Positions 9,877-20,045 are shown, counted from the stretch's first letter. The stretch is DNA of 64,000 nt from Rubripirellula sp. (GCA_965216875.1 OZ244207.1:960001-1024000), one strand, 5' to 3'. The notes: a model not told the origin generated them from the sequence alone. Made by a program: numbers and translations.

Positions 9877-11403
9877 GTGACCAAGACGATTCCTAGCTAC
9901 CTGAAGCTTCACCGCGCCCCAGCCCCATCGTCGGGCAAGTCAGCCAACAACCCGCCGCAGACGCCCCCTGAAAACGTCGATAGCTTTTGGGATGCCTACA
10001 GCGAAGCAACGGGTTGGCGAATCGATCCAAGTAGCAAACCTGAGCACCAGCCGATGTCGCTGTTGCCGGCTGTCAACGTTGATCCGATGCAGGGTGTTGA
10101 AACCGATGGGGCGCCCGCGGTCAGTCGCAGCAGTGCCCTTCGCCTTGCCGAATCGGCAGCCAAGCTTGCGGAACAGTTGCATCAAAGTCGCGAAGCCTTG
10201 CGACTTCAGGAAGCGGAGCTCGCCGCCCGCGCGGCGATCGTGATCGATCAGCCATCGCGTACCAAACTCGCTGACAAGATCGAGAAAACGCTCACCGATG
10301 CTGCTGCCACCTGTCGTTGCTCCGCCGCAGCGATGTACCTGCTCGACGACGACACCAAGTACTTGAAAACACGAGCCGTCCACGGGTTGGATGCCGAGCG
10401 ACTGGAAAGTCCGTCACGCGAACTGCGCGGTAGCCGCGCCGATCTCGAGGCACTCGTTCAGGGCGTCGTGATGATCGACGACTTGTCGAGCACCGACGCC
10501 GAGACTTGGTGCGTTCCGGAGCCCGCAGCCAGCGCGATCTGCGCTTCGATTCAGCAAGATGATCTTCCCATAGGAACGCTTTGGTTGTTGTCGGACCAAC
10601 CGCAATCGTTCAGTGAAGCTGACGCCGCGGCGGCGCGACTCGCAGCCTCACAGCTTGCACTTGAGTTGACCAACGCAGCGAGCGGCAAGCAAAAGATGCA
10701 ATGGCAACGAGGCGTCGCGGCACTGCGCGACATCTCGGAGTGGCAGTACCAGACACTTCCCGTCGGCTCGATTCTTGCCGAGGGTTGGACCGTCGACGGA
10801 ATGGTCGAGTCTCCACAAGATTGGGTCAGCGGTTGGCACGCTTGGGACGTCTTGCCTGACGGAACACTGATGATCTCGATCGCCGAGGCGGTGGACACGT
10901 CGATCGGTGGCGCGATGACCGCGACGATCGCAAGGGCAGCCCTCTCGGCTCACAGTGGCTACCGACACACACCCAAACAAATGCTCCAACGCGTCAGTGA
11001 CACACTTTGGCAAACGAGTACCGGCGAGCAGCTCGTGTCGATGATGTACTTGCGACTTGATCCAGAATCTGGCGAAGGCGAAGTGGCCGCTGCCGGAAAA
11101 ATCTCAGCGATGATCGGCAGTCGCTACGGCTACCGTCCTTTGGTCAACGGAAACTCCGAGCCGTTGGCAACCAACATGGACGTGCAGTCCTACGCCGAAA
11201 CGTTTCGTATGATGCCGGGCGAATCACTGGTCGCCTACGGGCCGGGTGTGGTTAGCGATGGTGGCACGCAAACGATGATCGGCGAAGCGATTCGTTCGGC
11301 AATGCAAGATCGAAACCACAACTCGCTGTCCGTGCTGCGACGCAAAATCGCCAAGCAAGTGCTCGGACACGAGCGAGGCTTGGTATCGCTCACCCGTAGT
11401 TAG
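9877..11403 (+). CDS. GAF + SpoIIE/PP2C-like domain protein, probably a catalytically degenerate phosphatase
   Basis: GAF-like AAAMYLLDD...PIGTLWL region, followed by a SpoIIE-like fold (QYQTLP, MMYLRLDPESGE, MMPGESLVAY). GTG start inferred. Confidence 0.75.
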   Translation: MTKTIPSYLKLHRAPAPSSGKSANNPPQTPPENVDSFWDAYSEATGWRIDPSSKPEHQPMSLLPAVNVDPMQGVETDGAPAVSRSSALRLAESAAKLAEQLHQSREALRLQEAELAARAAIVIDQPSRTKLADKIEKTLTDAAATCRCSAAAMYLLDDDTKYLKTRAVHGLDAERLESPSRELRGSRADLEALVQGVVMIDDLSSTDAETWCVPEPAASAICASIQQDDLPIGTLWLLSDQPQSFSEADAAAARLAASQLALELTNAASGKQKMQWQRGVAALRDISEWQYQTLPVGSILAEGWTVDGMVESPQDWVSGWHAWDVLPDGTLMISIAEAVDTSIGGAMTATIARAALSAHSGYRHTPKQMLQRVSDTLWQTSTGEQLVSMMYLRLDPESGEGEVAAAGKISAMIGSRYGYRPLVNGNSEPLATNMDVQSYAETFRMMPGESLVAYGPGVVSDGGTQTMIGEAIRSAMQDRNHNSLSVLRRKIAKQVLGHERGLVSLTRS

Positions 11404-11410
11404 AGTGTTC

Positions 11411-11469
11411 GGGAGGGCGAGGCTCCTGCCGAGCCACCGTCTGAGGCTCCGCAGGAGCGTCGCCCTCCC
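11411..11469. repeat. REP-like inverted pair between convergent genes
   Basis: GGGAGGGCGAGGCTCCTGCCGAGCC ... GGCTCCGCAGGAGCGTCGCCCTCCC. Confidence 0.7.
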
Positions 11470-11476
11470 ACCAAAC

Positions 11477-12289
11477 TCACTCGTTGGCTGCGATCATGTT
11501 GGACATGCTCTCGCGGACCAGCGTTTCAACGCCCGGGGAATAATCAAACACTTCGACGCTAACCCAGCCGTCGTAGCGGATGTCGCGGAGTGCATTGAAG
11601 ATCGGTTTAAAATCGACGTCGCCCATTCCGGGGCCGCGCCGATTGGGATCGTTGGCGTGAAAGTGAATCATCGCGTCGGCATTATCGCGAATGATCTGGT
11701 CGATCGGTGTCCCTTCGTCGCTCATTGCTTTGACGTCGAGGTGCAGCTGAACATTCGGGCTGCCGATCATCGCTTGCAGTTTTCGAGCATCGGCGGCTTT
11801 GTTGAGAAAGTTGCCCTCTTCGTGTCCAAGCGGCTCGAGCGCAATGCGAACGCCAAGCGACTCGAGTTCTTTGACCGCACCCGCGATCACCTCGGCTGCA
11901 TTCTCCATCGCCGATTGCATCGATTGGCCTTCAGGAACATTGCGTTGTTGAGGCGAGCCGAGCACCATCACCTCACCGCCAAGGTCGTGACAGAGCCGGG
12001 CAAGTTCGATGAGGTAGCCAGTGGTTTCTGAGCGGACCGAGTCGTCGGTCGTGGTCAGGTGGAAGCCTTCGGTTTTGGCGAGCAGCCAATGCAGACCGAT
12101 CAACGAGAAGCCCGCCTGTTCGACCTGGCTGCGGTACTCGGCGCGCTGGGCGGAGGTGAAGCTTGTGATGTCGTCGGTCAGCATGAACGGAGCGACTTCC
12201 CATCCGGTGTAGCCCGTTTCTCGCGCAAGCTCGAGCGCCTTTTCGAGCGGCCAGTCACCAAACGTTTCGTTACAGATAGCGTATTTCAT
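11477..12289 (-). CDS. Sugar phosphate isomerase/epimerase (TIM barrel, tagatose-3-epimerase-like)
   Basis: MKYAICNETF, ALEPL, LHLDVKAM, HFHAND, GPGMGDVDF, YDGWVSVEVF. Confidence 0.88.
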   Translation of the reverse strand: MKYAICNETFGDWPLEKALELARETGYTGWEVAPFMLTDDITSFTSAQRAEYRSQVEQAGFSLIGLHWLLAKTEGFHLTTTDDSVRSETTGYLIELARLCHDLGGEVMVLGSPQQRNVPEGQSMQSAMENAAEVIAGAVKELESLGVRIALEPLGHEEGNFLNKAADARKLQAMIGSPNVQLHLDVKAMSDEGTPIDQIIRDNADAMIHFHANDPNRRGPGMGDVDFKPIFNALRDIRYDGWVSVEVFDYSPGVETLVRESMSNMIAANE

Positions 12290-12871
12290 GGTGATGAATT
12301 TAAACGGCACGGCACTGCGCGTCAGCCCGTGAGCGGCGTTGAACGCGACGCTCCAATGCCAACCATCACCCTCCCGCTTTCGGGAGGGTCGGGCTCTAAG
12401 GCCCGGGGAGGGAACGATCCAAATAAAACAGACACTCTCCGGGCTTTAGCGCCCGACGCTCCCAAGGGAGAGTGTTAAGCGCTCAGTTTGGGACGTCCAA
12501 GCTCATCCATGTCGAGATTCGCCCCCGCGACAGCCCGGCCAACCAGGCGATCCCGGCTCACCCTTTTTCTCACCCGCTGGCGAGTGTGGCGGCGCGACCT
12601 TTTTGGGGCGTGGTGATCGGACCCCTCGAAACTGTTTCCCGAATCCACCTATCTTTCCTGCTTTGAATTGGCATCAAATCCGCATGTGAAAAAATGGAGT
12701 TTCCAACAGTTTTTCCACCACCCGTCGATTCATGCTAGCAATCTTCACTAACCCTTAACCAGCACTAGGCTTACGTCACTTGCGCGGGCGATTTCGACGG
12801 ATTGTTCGTGTGAGAATGAGTCGCGTAAGTCGTTATCAGGGAGGGTTTTAGGGGCTTCTTTTCGATTCTCG

Positions 12872-12899
12872 TTGACATGCCCTCCGCAATCCCTAAGAT
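12872..12899 (+). promoter_or_regulatory. Sigma70-type promoter of nrdJ
   Basis: TTGACA (12872-12877), 16 bp spacer, TAAGAT (12894-12899). Confidence 0.65.
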
Positions 12900-12907
12900 T
12901 CGCCAGT

Positions 12908-12955
12908 CGCCCACATGTAGTAGGTTACTGGCTTGGTAACCACTACCGGTAGTGC
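12908..12955 (+). promoter_or_regulatory. Two tandem NrdR boxes
   Basis: CGCCCACATGTAGTAG (12908-12923) and CCACTACCGGTAGTGC (12940-12955) resemble the consensus acaCwAtATaTwGtgt. Their starts are 32 bp apart, just downstream of the -10 box of an RNR gene. Confidence 0.75.
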
Positions 12956-13178
12956 TTTCATTTACGTTTGGACAAACGTTGCCTTGCGGGGAGCATCGAC
13001 GGATTGATGCCTGCGATCTGCCACCCACAATTTGCCAATTCAAGCACTGAGCGATGTGGTCGACAACTGTTCACATTCTCATATTAAAATGGGAAGAGCC
13101 CGCCGTTTCGCTGGGATTGCGAATCAAACTTGACGGCGTTCTCGACCCCAAGGATGAAATCTAAGGAGTCTTAAAGCT

Positions 13179-16100
13179 ATGGCAACCGTTTTGCCTCCAC
13201 GTCCATTGCAAGACCCCGCAACCGACCCTGCGCTCGAGAAGGTCAACTCGCAGCATGGCGTCGATTACGCGCGTACAAAATTTGGATTGCGGCTTCGCAG
13301 TGCGAGCAGCCGCTCGGGTTTGAAGATCGAAAGCAAGTTCTGCCCCGACGATCAACGCACGCCGTTCGCGACTTCGCAGTGGGAACTGCGTAGCGCTGCG
13401 ATTAAAGACGAGAATGGCAATGCGCTGTTCGAGCAAAACGACTGCGAAGTCCCAGCGGACTGGAGTCAGTTGGCGACCAACGTGGTCGTGTCAAAATACT
13501 TCTACGGCGATCCGGGCAACGCAGACGAGCGTGAGCGAAGCGTTCGCCAATTGATCCATCGTGTTACGCGAACGATCACCGACTGGGGTCTAGGCGACGG
13601 TTACTTTGATACGCCCGAAGACGGCGAGCGTTTCTATCGTGACCTGACCTGGTTGTGCCTGCACCAACATGGTGCTTTCAACAGCCCAGTGTGGTTTAAC
13701 GTTGGTTTGCACGCGCAATATGGCGTGGAAGGTGCAAAGTGCAACTGGCGTTGGAACACCGAAACAGAGAATACGGAACAGCCAGAGAACCCCTACGAGT
13801 ATCCACAGGGTTCGGCATGCTTTATCCAAAGCGTCGACGACAACATGGAAGACATCATGCGTCTTGCCTGCAGCGAGGCGATGTTGTTCAAGTTCGGCAG
13901 CGGAACGGGCACCGACCTTTCAACCATTCGTTCACAGCGTGAAAAACTTTCCGGTGGCGGCACGCCATCGGGACCGTTGTCGTTCATGCGTGTGTACGAC
14001 TCGATCGCCGGCGTGATCAAGAGTGGCGGCAAGACACGTCGTGCCGCCAAGATGCAGTCGCTCAAAGTCTGGCATCCCGACGTGCTCGAGTTCATCGAGT
14101 GCAAGTGGGCTGAAGAGAAGAAGGCACACGCGTTGATTCGCGAAGGCTACGAGTCGAATTTCAACGGCGAAGCTTACAGCAGCGTCTGCTTCCAAAATGC
14201 GAACCTTTCGGTTCGTGTTACCGACGACTACATGCAAGCTGTCCGCGACGAAAAGATGTGGCAGACTCGCTGGGTCACTGATCGTCCGGAAGAGGACGCT
14301 CCCGAGTACGATGCTCGCGAGTTGCTCGAGAAGATGGCCGATTGTGCATGGCACTGCGGCGACCCCGGTGTTCAATACGACACGACGATCAACAAGTGGC
14401 ACACCTGTCCAAACAGCGGTGCAATCAACGCGTCGAACCCATGCAGCGAGTACATGTTCCTTGACGACACCGCTTGCAACTTGGCTTCGATCAACTTGAT
14501 GAAGTTCGTTGGCAATGACGGTTCGTTTGACGTTGATGGATTCCGCGCAGCGTCTCGCCTCTTCTTCATCGCTCAAGAGATTCTGGTCGACCACGCCAGT
14601 TATCCCACCGAGCCGATCGCTCGTAACAGCCATCGTTACCGTCCGTTGGGTCTTGGTTATTCGAACCTCGGCAGTGTCGTCATGACCAACGGGTTGGCTT
14701 ACGACTCCGACGCGGCTCGCGGCATGTGCGGTTCGTTGACCTCGTTGTTGCACGGTGAAGCAAACCGTACCAGCGGCGAACTTGCCAGCGTCGTCGGTCC
14801 GTTTGATGCTTATTCGGAAAACGAAAAGCCGATGCTCAACGTGATGCAAATGCACCGCCAAGCATGTGACGACATCAACGATGAAGGTCCCGCCGAGCTG
14901 AAAGAAGCCGCTCAAAAACTTTGGGACGACGTGCTGCAGATCGGTGAGAAGTATGGTTTCCGTAACGCCCAAGCAACCGTTTTGGCGCCGACCGGAACGA
15001 TCAGCTTCATGATGGACTGCGACACAACCGGTATCGAACCCGATATCGCGCTGGTCAAGTACAAGCAGCTCGCCGGTGGCGGGATGCTCAAGATCGTCAA
15101 CCGAACCGTTCGCCTCGGACTCGACAAGCTTGGTTACAGCGAGCCCGAGATCGACGTGATCCTGAAGTTCATCGACGAAAACGACACCATTGAAGGTGCA
15201 CCCGGTTTGAAGACCGAACACCTTAGCGTCTTTGACTGTGCGTTCCAGCCAGCCAACGGTGTTCGCAGCATTCCATGGCAAGCACACGTCACGATGATGG
15301 CAGCCGCGCAGCCGTTCCTTTCGGGTGCGATCTCCAAGACGGTCAATATGCCAAACGATGTCACGGCAAAAGATATCGCCGACGCCTACTTCTGGGGTTG
15401 GGAACTTGGCCTGAAAGCGATCGCCATCTACCGCGACGGCAGCAAGCAATCACAGCCGCTCAACACGTCGTCCGAAGAAGGCTCTGACTCCAAAGCCGAA
15501 ACGATCGAAAAGATCGTTTACAAGCCACGTCGCGAACGATTGCCAGACACACGCCAAAGTGTCACGCACAAGTTCACCATTGCTGGTCACGAAGGTTACC
15601 TTTGCGTCGGTCTCTACCCGGACGGTCGCCCTGGCGAAATCTTCATCACGATGGCCAAAGAAGGTTCAACGATCGGCGGGATCATGGACAGCTTTGGAAC
15701 GGCGTTGTCGATCGCGTTGCAGTACGGTGTGCCGCTTGAAGTGCTCGTCAACAAGTTCAGCCATACGCGGTTTGAACCGATGGGACACACGTCCAACAAG
15801 GACATCCGAATCGCCAAGAGTGTTGTCGACTACATCGCTCGCTGGCTCGGTTTGACCTTCATGAGTGGCAACACCGACAGCTTGCCACCGGCTCCTTCGG
15901 CGGGTGACAAGACGAGCAACGGGAACGCACCTGAAGTGACCGCACCGTCGAGTCCCGTGATGGAAGGCTTGAAGGAAGATGCCGGTGCCGCCGTCGCTCT
16001 GGCCGAACGGGCAACACTGCTCGCCAGCCTCAGCGAAGCCTCTTCGTCCAACGGAAACGGCCATTCCAACGGACACGCTGCGACGCCCGATGCCGATTCA

Positions 16101-16238
16101 AAGGATGGCAATCAAACCGACCAGTTTGCTCGCTTCCAAATCGATGCACCAACCTGTGACAATTGTGGCAGCATCACTGTTCGCAACGGCAACTGCTACC
16201 TCTGTCACAACTGTGGTAACAGCATGGGTTGCAGCTGA
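13179..16238 (+). CDS. nrdJ: Class II (adenosylcobalamin-dependent) ribonucleotide reductase with TSCPD domain and C-terminal Zn ribbon
   Basis: FNSPVWFNVG, SACFIQS, KSGGKTRRAAKM, SNPCSEY (thiyl Cys), APTGTISF, GAISKTVN, and a terminal CxxC...CxxC. Confidence 0.96.
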   Translation: MATVLPPRPLQDPATDPALEKVNSQHGVDYARTKFGLRLRSASSRSGLKIESKFCPDDQRTPFATSQWELRSAAIKDENGNALFEQNDCEVPADWSQLATNVVVSKYFYGDPGNADERERSVRQLIHRVTRTITDWGLGDGYFDTPEDGERFYRDLTWLCLHQHGAFNSPVWFNVGLHAQYGVEGAKCNWRWNTETENTEQPENPYEYPQGSACFIQSVDDNMEDIMRLACSEAMLFKFGSGTGTDLSTIRSQREKLSGGGTPSGPLSFMRVYDSIAGVIKSGGKTRRAAKMQSLKVWHPDVLEFIECKWAEEKKAHALIREGYESNFNGEAYSSVCFQNANLSVRVTDDYMQAVRDEKMWQTRWVTDRPEEDAPEYDARELLEKMADCAWHCGDPGVQYDTTINKWHTCPNSGAINASNPCSEYMFLDDTACNLASINLMKFVGNDGSFDVDGFRAASRLFFIAQEILVDHASYPTEPIARNSHRYRPLGLGYSNLGSVVMTNGLAYDSDAARGMCGSLTSLLHGEANRTSGELASVVGPFDAYSENEKPMLNVMQMHRQACDDINDEGPAELKEAAQKLWDDVLQIGEKYGFRNAQATVLAPTGTISFMMDCDTTGIEPDIALVKYKQLAGGGMLKIVNRTVRLGLDKLGYSEPEIDVILKFIDENDTIEGAPGLKTEHLSVFDCAFQPANGVRSIPWQAHVTMMAAAQPFLSGAISKTVNMPNDVTAKDIADAYFWGWELGLKAIAIYRDGSKQSQPLNTSSEEGSDSKAETIEKIVYKPRRERLPDTRQSVTHKFTIAGHEGYLCVGLYPDGRPGEIFITMAKEGSTIGGIMDSFGTALSIALQYGVPLEVLVNKFSHTRFEPMGHTSNKDIRIAKSVVDYIARWLGLTFMSGNTDSLPPAPSAGDKTSNGNAPEVTAPSSPVMEGLKEDAGAAVALAERATLLASLSEASSSNGNGHSNGHAATPDADSKDGNQTDQFARFQIDAPTCDNCGSITVRNGNCYLCHNCGNSMGCS

Positions 16239-16270
16239 TCGACGATCAGACCTAGTGATTCATTTTTCGA

Positions 16271-16308
16271 AGCCTCGGCGGGAGTGCCAACCCGTCGGGG
16301 CTTTTTTT
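16271..16308 (+). terminator. Intrinsic terminator after nrdJ
   Basis: AGCCTCGGCGGG-loop-CCCGTCGGGGCT followed by a T-run. Confidence 0.8.
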
Positions 16309-16323
16309 GTGGAAGAAGAGGTT

Positions 16324-16401
16324 AACCACGAATGGCACGGATCACACGAATAGGAAACAGAGACGCGCATTTCATTCGTGTGATCCGTGCGATTCGTAGT
16401 T
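16324..16401. repeat. REP-like doublet with 28 bp inverted arms
   Basis: AACCACGAATGGCACGGATCACACGAAT / ATTCGTGTGATCCGTGCGATTCGTAGTT. Single arms recur at 18670-18697 and 20051-20078. Confidence 0.8.
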
Positions 16402-16421
16402 CCCTCGGCGCTCCCTGTCTC

Positions 16422-17309
16422 TCAGCCGCACACTCGTCGCGTCACCTCGGCATACACCTCATCATCGAGCGGGCCTTTCTGGGCCGCCGCAACGTTTGCC
16501 GCGAGATGTTCTTTGTTGCAGGTGCCGACAATCGTCGTGTGACAATGCGGATGCGAAAGTGTGTAACGCAGAATCAGTTCCGCACGATCCATCCCGTCAA
16601 CCAATAGCTCATCAAGTCTCGCTGAATCCCAAACCGCGTTTAGTTTTTCGCGTTGGATTTCGGCGTCGGGGCCTCCCTGTGCGATCCCACCTCGAATGAT
16701 GATGCCAGCTCCCGTTTCGGCTGCCCGGCAGATTGAATCGTGGTGTTGTCGGTCCAGGCACGAGTAGGGAATTTGAAACGTGTCGAAGACTCCGAGGTCG
16801 ATCAGTCCGTCAAGATTGGGCAGTTTGCTAGAAACGCCGATATACCGAAGGACTCCTTCGTCTCTCATTTGCATTAAAAGGTCGATCAATCCGGCCGCTT
16901 GCAGTGTTTCGGCATCGCCACCATGAAACTGCAGCAAGTCGATCGTGTCGGTTCGCATTCGATCAAGGCTCTGCTGGACGTCACGTTTGACGACGTCCAC
17001 GCTCCAATCGTGATCGATCTCAAGGTGATCTTCATGTTGCGTGTAGACACACCCACACTTTGTAGCCAAGAAAAACTCGTTGCGACGGCCACTGATGTAC
17101 TTCCCGATGCGATGCTCGGCGATCCCGTAGACCGGCGCGGTGTCGATAAAGTTGATGCCGGCATCCAAGACCGCATTCAGAAAGACGTCCGCGCCTGCTT
17201 CATCGACAACGCGAACACCCCAGGTCCGAGGCCCCCGCAACCCCATACTGCCGTAGCCAAGTTGTGTGACTTCAAGATCGGTTCGCCCAAGTCGTTTTCG
17301 AGGCAGCAT
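16422..17309 (-). CDS. Aldo/keto reductase
   Basis: RLGRTDLEV, GINFIDTAPVYG, LATKCG, SLDRMRTDTIDLLQFH. Confidence 0.92.
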   Translation of the reverse strand: MLPRKRLGRTDLEVTQLGYGSMGLRGPRTWGVRVVDEAGADVFLNAVLDAGINFIDTAPVYGIAEHRIGKYISGRRNEFFLATKCGCVYTQHEDHLEIDHDWSVDVVKRDVQQSLDRMRTDTIDLLQFHGGDAETLQAAGLIDLLMQMRDEGVLRYIGVSSKLPNLDGLIDLGVFDTFQIPYSCLDRQHHDSICRAAETGAGIIIRGGIAQGGPDAEIQREKLNAVWDSARLDELLVDGMDRAELILRYTLSHPHCHTTIVGTCNKEHLAANVAAAQKGPLDDEVYAEVTRRVCG

Positions 17310-17465
17310 TTTTTCAATCACTTCGTTGCAAAACTGCACGTTAAAAAAACACTCTCCCTTGGGAGAGTCGGGCTCTAAGGCCCGGAGAGGGTCTGTGTTG
17401 TGGCAATGATTCCCTCCCCGGACTTTGCATCCGACCTTCCCGCAAGAGCGAGGGAGATTCGATCA

Positions 17466-18581
17466 CTACCTTGCTACCTCACCACCAAGCATCATCTTCT
17501 TGAGTGCGGCTTGAGTTTCCGCAAGCGTACAACGGTTCTCGGCGTCTGTCACGCGATAACCGTCATCGGTCACCGCTATCTCCCTATCCCCGATGACAAT
17601 GAAACCGGTGCCCCGCATTTCCAACAGGATTTGCACCACCGTCCGTCTTGCTCGATCGTCTTTCGCGTCCGGCAACACGTCGATACACGCCTGGATCGCG
17701 GTGTTCTTCTGGACGCGTTCCCAGGGATCGAGATCAAGGTAACCCTCGCCTACCATGATGTCACGAAGGCAACTCTCAATCGACATGTCTGATTCATGTA
17801 GCAGGCTCGCGATCTGTCTGAAGAGTTCGGGTTGAGGCTGACTACGTATCGTGTTGATCTGCATCGCGTAACGCCGCAGTCTTGCGTCGGTATGTAGTTT
17901 TCGCGACGCGATCAGGTCTCGGAGGGGCAGCGGGTATTTTTCGAGTTGTTCTCGTGTTGCGAGACGCTCTCTGCGAAATAACTCGGCGCCAGTAGGAAAA
18001 CGCCGGAGCTCGCTCAGTGATTCGGGATCGGCTGGTCGAAGCGATCCTGCGCTAATCGAGACCTTCTTAACGAAAACCTCGCTTGGGGCGGCACCTTTGG
18101 CTCCTGTTACTGACGCAAACACGGAAACGTACCGCAGTCTATGGTTGGTTTCACGAGTCACAAACGTCCATCCAGTGGTCCAGTTCCATTTGCCGAGCGT
18201 ACCCCAAGCGGTTGAAGGTGCACGTGACTGACCCAACAAGTCGTTAAGAGCGGCGAGTGTTTTCGCACTGCGAATCGTCGCTTCGTCCGGCAGTGAATCA
18301 CGATAGGTGGGCGCGTCAGATGCTATGTGCGACCCGTTGTGCATTCGAGCCAACACGACAGACCCCTGGTGGAGATACCCGTATTCAAGCCGTAAGCCCA
18401 TGGGGTGATCGTCCTCTCGCCGGATCGTTCCGACCCAGTCATGTTGCAATTTCCCCGGCTTCGTTGTTTGACGGCCTTGCGACTGAAGGGAGATAAGTTG
18501 ATCGAGGTCAGTGGGTGACTGGCTAAGAGCAACGGCTGGGTGCGCAAAGGCAAACAAAGCGAAGACGATGAAAAACTTCAT
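17466..18581 (-). CDS. Hypothetical secreted protein
   Basis: 371 aa ORF with a signal-peptide-like N-terminus (MKFFIVFALFAFAHPAVA); no family recognised. Confidence 0.65.
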   Translation of the reverse strand: MKFFIVFALFAFAHPAVALSQSPTDLDQLISLQSQGRQTTKPGKLQHDWVGTIRREDDHPMGLRLEYGYLHQGSVVLARMHNGSHIASDAPTYRDSLPDEATIRSAKTLAALNDLLGQSRAPSTAWGTLGKWNWTTGWTFVTRETNHRLRYVSVFASVTGAKGAAPSEVFVKKVSISAGSLRPADPESLSELRRFPTGAELFRRERLATREQLEKYPLPLRDLIASRKLHTDARLRRYAMQINTIRSQPQPELFRQIASLLHESDMSIESCLRDIMVGEGYLDLDPWERVQKNTAIQACIDVLPDAKDDRARRTVVQILLEMRGTGFIVIGDREIAVTDDGYRVTDAENRCTLAETQAALKKMMLGGEVAR

Positions 18582-18832
18582 CTGATCGATACCCCGAACG
18601 GTCAGGATTGAAGGCAACCTACACTGCATCCGATTCTATCGTTGCGGTCACAGCCCATGGCTCGGTGCCATTCGTGTTATTTGGTCAATTCGTGGTTTCC
18701 GCAGTTCTTGCTTCGGACGCGTCCCTCACCAGTTGGCTGATCGGATCGTGGTGCGGGATTTGTGCGAACTCTTGCAACCTGCTTGTGTCCCTGGGGTGTC
18801 AAAACGAGGCGGGGCAAAGGTGCGTGGAGTCG

Positions 18833-19276
18833 ATGATGAACGCGGTTGTATTGATCGGAATTCAAGGTTCGGGGAAATCATCCTTCTATAAGGAACGCTA
18901 TTTCGCCACCCACGTGCACATTAGCTTGGATCAGATCAAGACTCGGCATCGCGAACGCCGCCTGATCGAGGCATGCATCGAGACGCAGCAACCTTTTGTA
19001 GTGGACAACACCAATCCAACGACCGCTGATCGCTGCCGCTACATCGACGCGGCCAGGGCAGCGGGGTACGTCATCGAAGCCTTCTATTTTCGTTCCAAGG
19101 TCGATGAGTGTTTGGTGAGAAACGCAGAGCGTGAGCGAGTTGTCCCCGAGGTGGCGATTTTGGCAACAGCGAGCAAGTTGCAGCGGCCTTCGGTTCATGA
19201 GGGCTTTGATGAAGTTCACTACGTGCGTTTGACAAAAACTGGTTTTGAAGTGAGTCGGTGGTCCGATGAAGTTTGA
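18833..19276 (+). CDS. AAA_33 / polynucleotide-kinase-like P-loop kinase
   Basis: GIQGSGKSS Walker A, VVDNTN, CLVRNAERER lid and P...EGFD C-terminus. GGAG RBS upstream. Confidence 0.85.
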   Translation: MMNAVVLIGIQGSGKSSFYKERYFATHVHISLDQIKTRHRERRLIEACIETQQPFVVDNTNPTTADRCRYIDAARAAGYVIEAFYFRSKVDECLVRNAERERVVPEVAILATASKLQRPSVHEGFDEVHYVRLTKTGFEVSRWSDEV

Positions 19277-20045
19277 TGAACTCGACCGAAAGATGCGCGT
19301 GTTTGAAACGGCATCGGATACCTGTGTCTTGCCTGGCATTTTCATGGTGGCCCGACTTGATGGTCGAAGTTTCACCCGTTTGACCAAGCAGACGGCTCAG
19401 TTCAAGGCACCATTCGACGAGCGGTTTCGCGACCTGATGGTGCAGACCTGCAAGGAGCTGATGCAATGCGGTTTCAATGTTCGATACGCCTACAGCGAAA
19501 GTGATGAAATCTCTTTGTTGTTTGACCTCGGCGAATCGGCGTTCGGAAGAAAGCTACGGAAGTTCAACTCGACGCTCGCTGGAGAAGCGAGCGCTGTTTT
19601 TTCATTGGCTTTTGGTCAGCGGGCTTGCTTTGATTGCCGCATCTCGCAGTTGCCAAGTGTTGACTTGGTCGTCGACTACTTTCGTTGGCGCAATGAAGAT
19701 GCATGCCGCAACGCACTCAACGCATGGTGTTATTGGACACTGCGTGATGCGGGGCTCGGGAAAGCGGAAGCGACAAAGCAGGTCGAAGGGAAGTCGGTAG
19801 CCGAGAAGAACCAGTTGCTGTTCGATTATGGCGTCAATTTCAATGACTTGCCCGGATGGCAAAAACGCGGCGTCGGCGTCTATTGGCAAACGTACGAGAA
19901 ATCGGCGGTCAGTCCGAAGACAGGCCGCGAAGTCAAAGCGTCGCGTCGACGCCTTGCCGTCGACTTCGATTTGCCGATGAAGGATGCCTACAGCGAATTC
20001 GTGAGGAGACGCTGCTGTGAAAAGCAGGGCACGAACACAAAGTGA
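19266..20045 (+). CDS. tRNA(His) guanylyltransferase Thg1-like protein (3'-5' polymerase, TLP)
   Basis: RMRVFE, VARLDGRSFTRLT, KAPFDERF, YSESDEISLLF, FDCR, YFRWR and WQKRG motifs. Overlaps the upstream gene by 11 nt. Confidence 0.93.
   Translation: MKFDELDRKMRVFETASDTCVLPGIFMVARLDGRSFTRLTKQTAQFKAPFDERFRDLMVQTCKELMQCGFNVRYAYSESDEISLLFDLGESAFGRKLRKFNSTLAGEASAVFSLAFGQRACFDCRISQLPSVDLVVDYFRWRNEDACRNALNAWCYWTLRDAGLGKAEATKQVEGKSVAEKNQLLFDYGVNFNDLPGWQKRGVGVYWQTYEKSAVSPKTGREVKASRRRLAVDFDLPMKDAYSEFVRRRCCEKQGTNTK

Noticed and set aside
12960..13178. Cobalamin riboswitch upstream of nrdJ
   Set aside because: No B12-box or other conserved cobalamin riboswitch elements were recognised.
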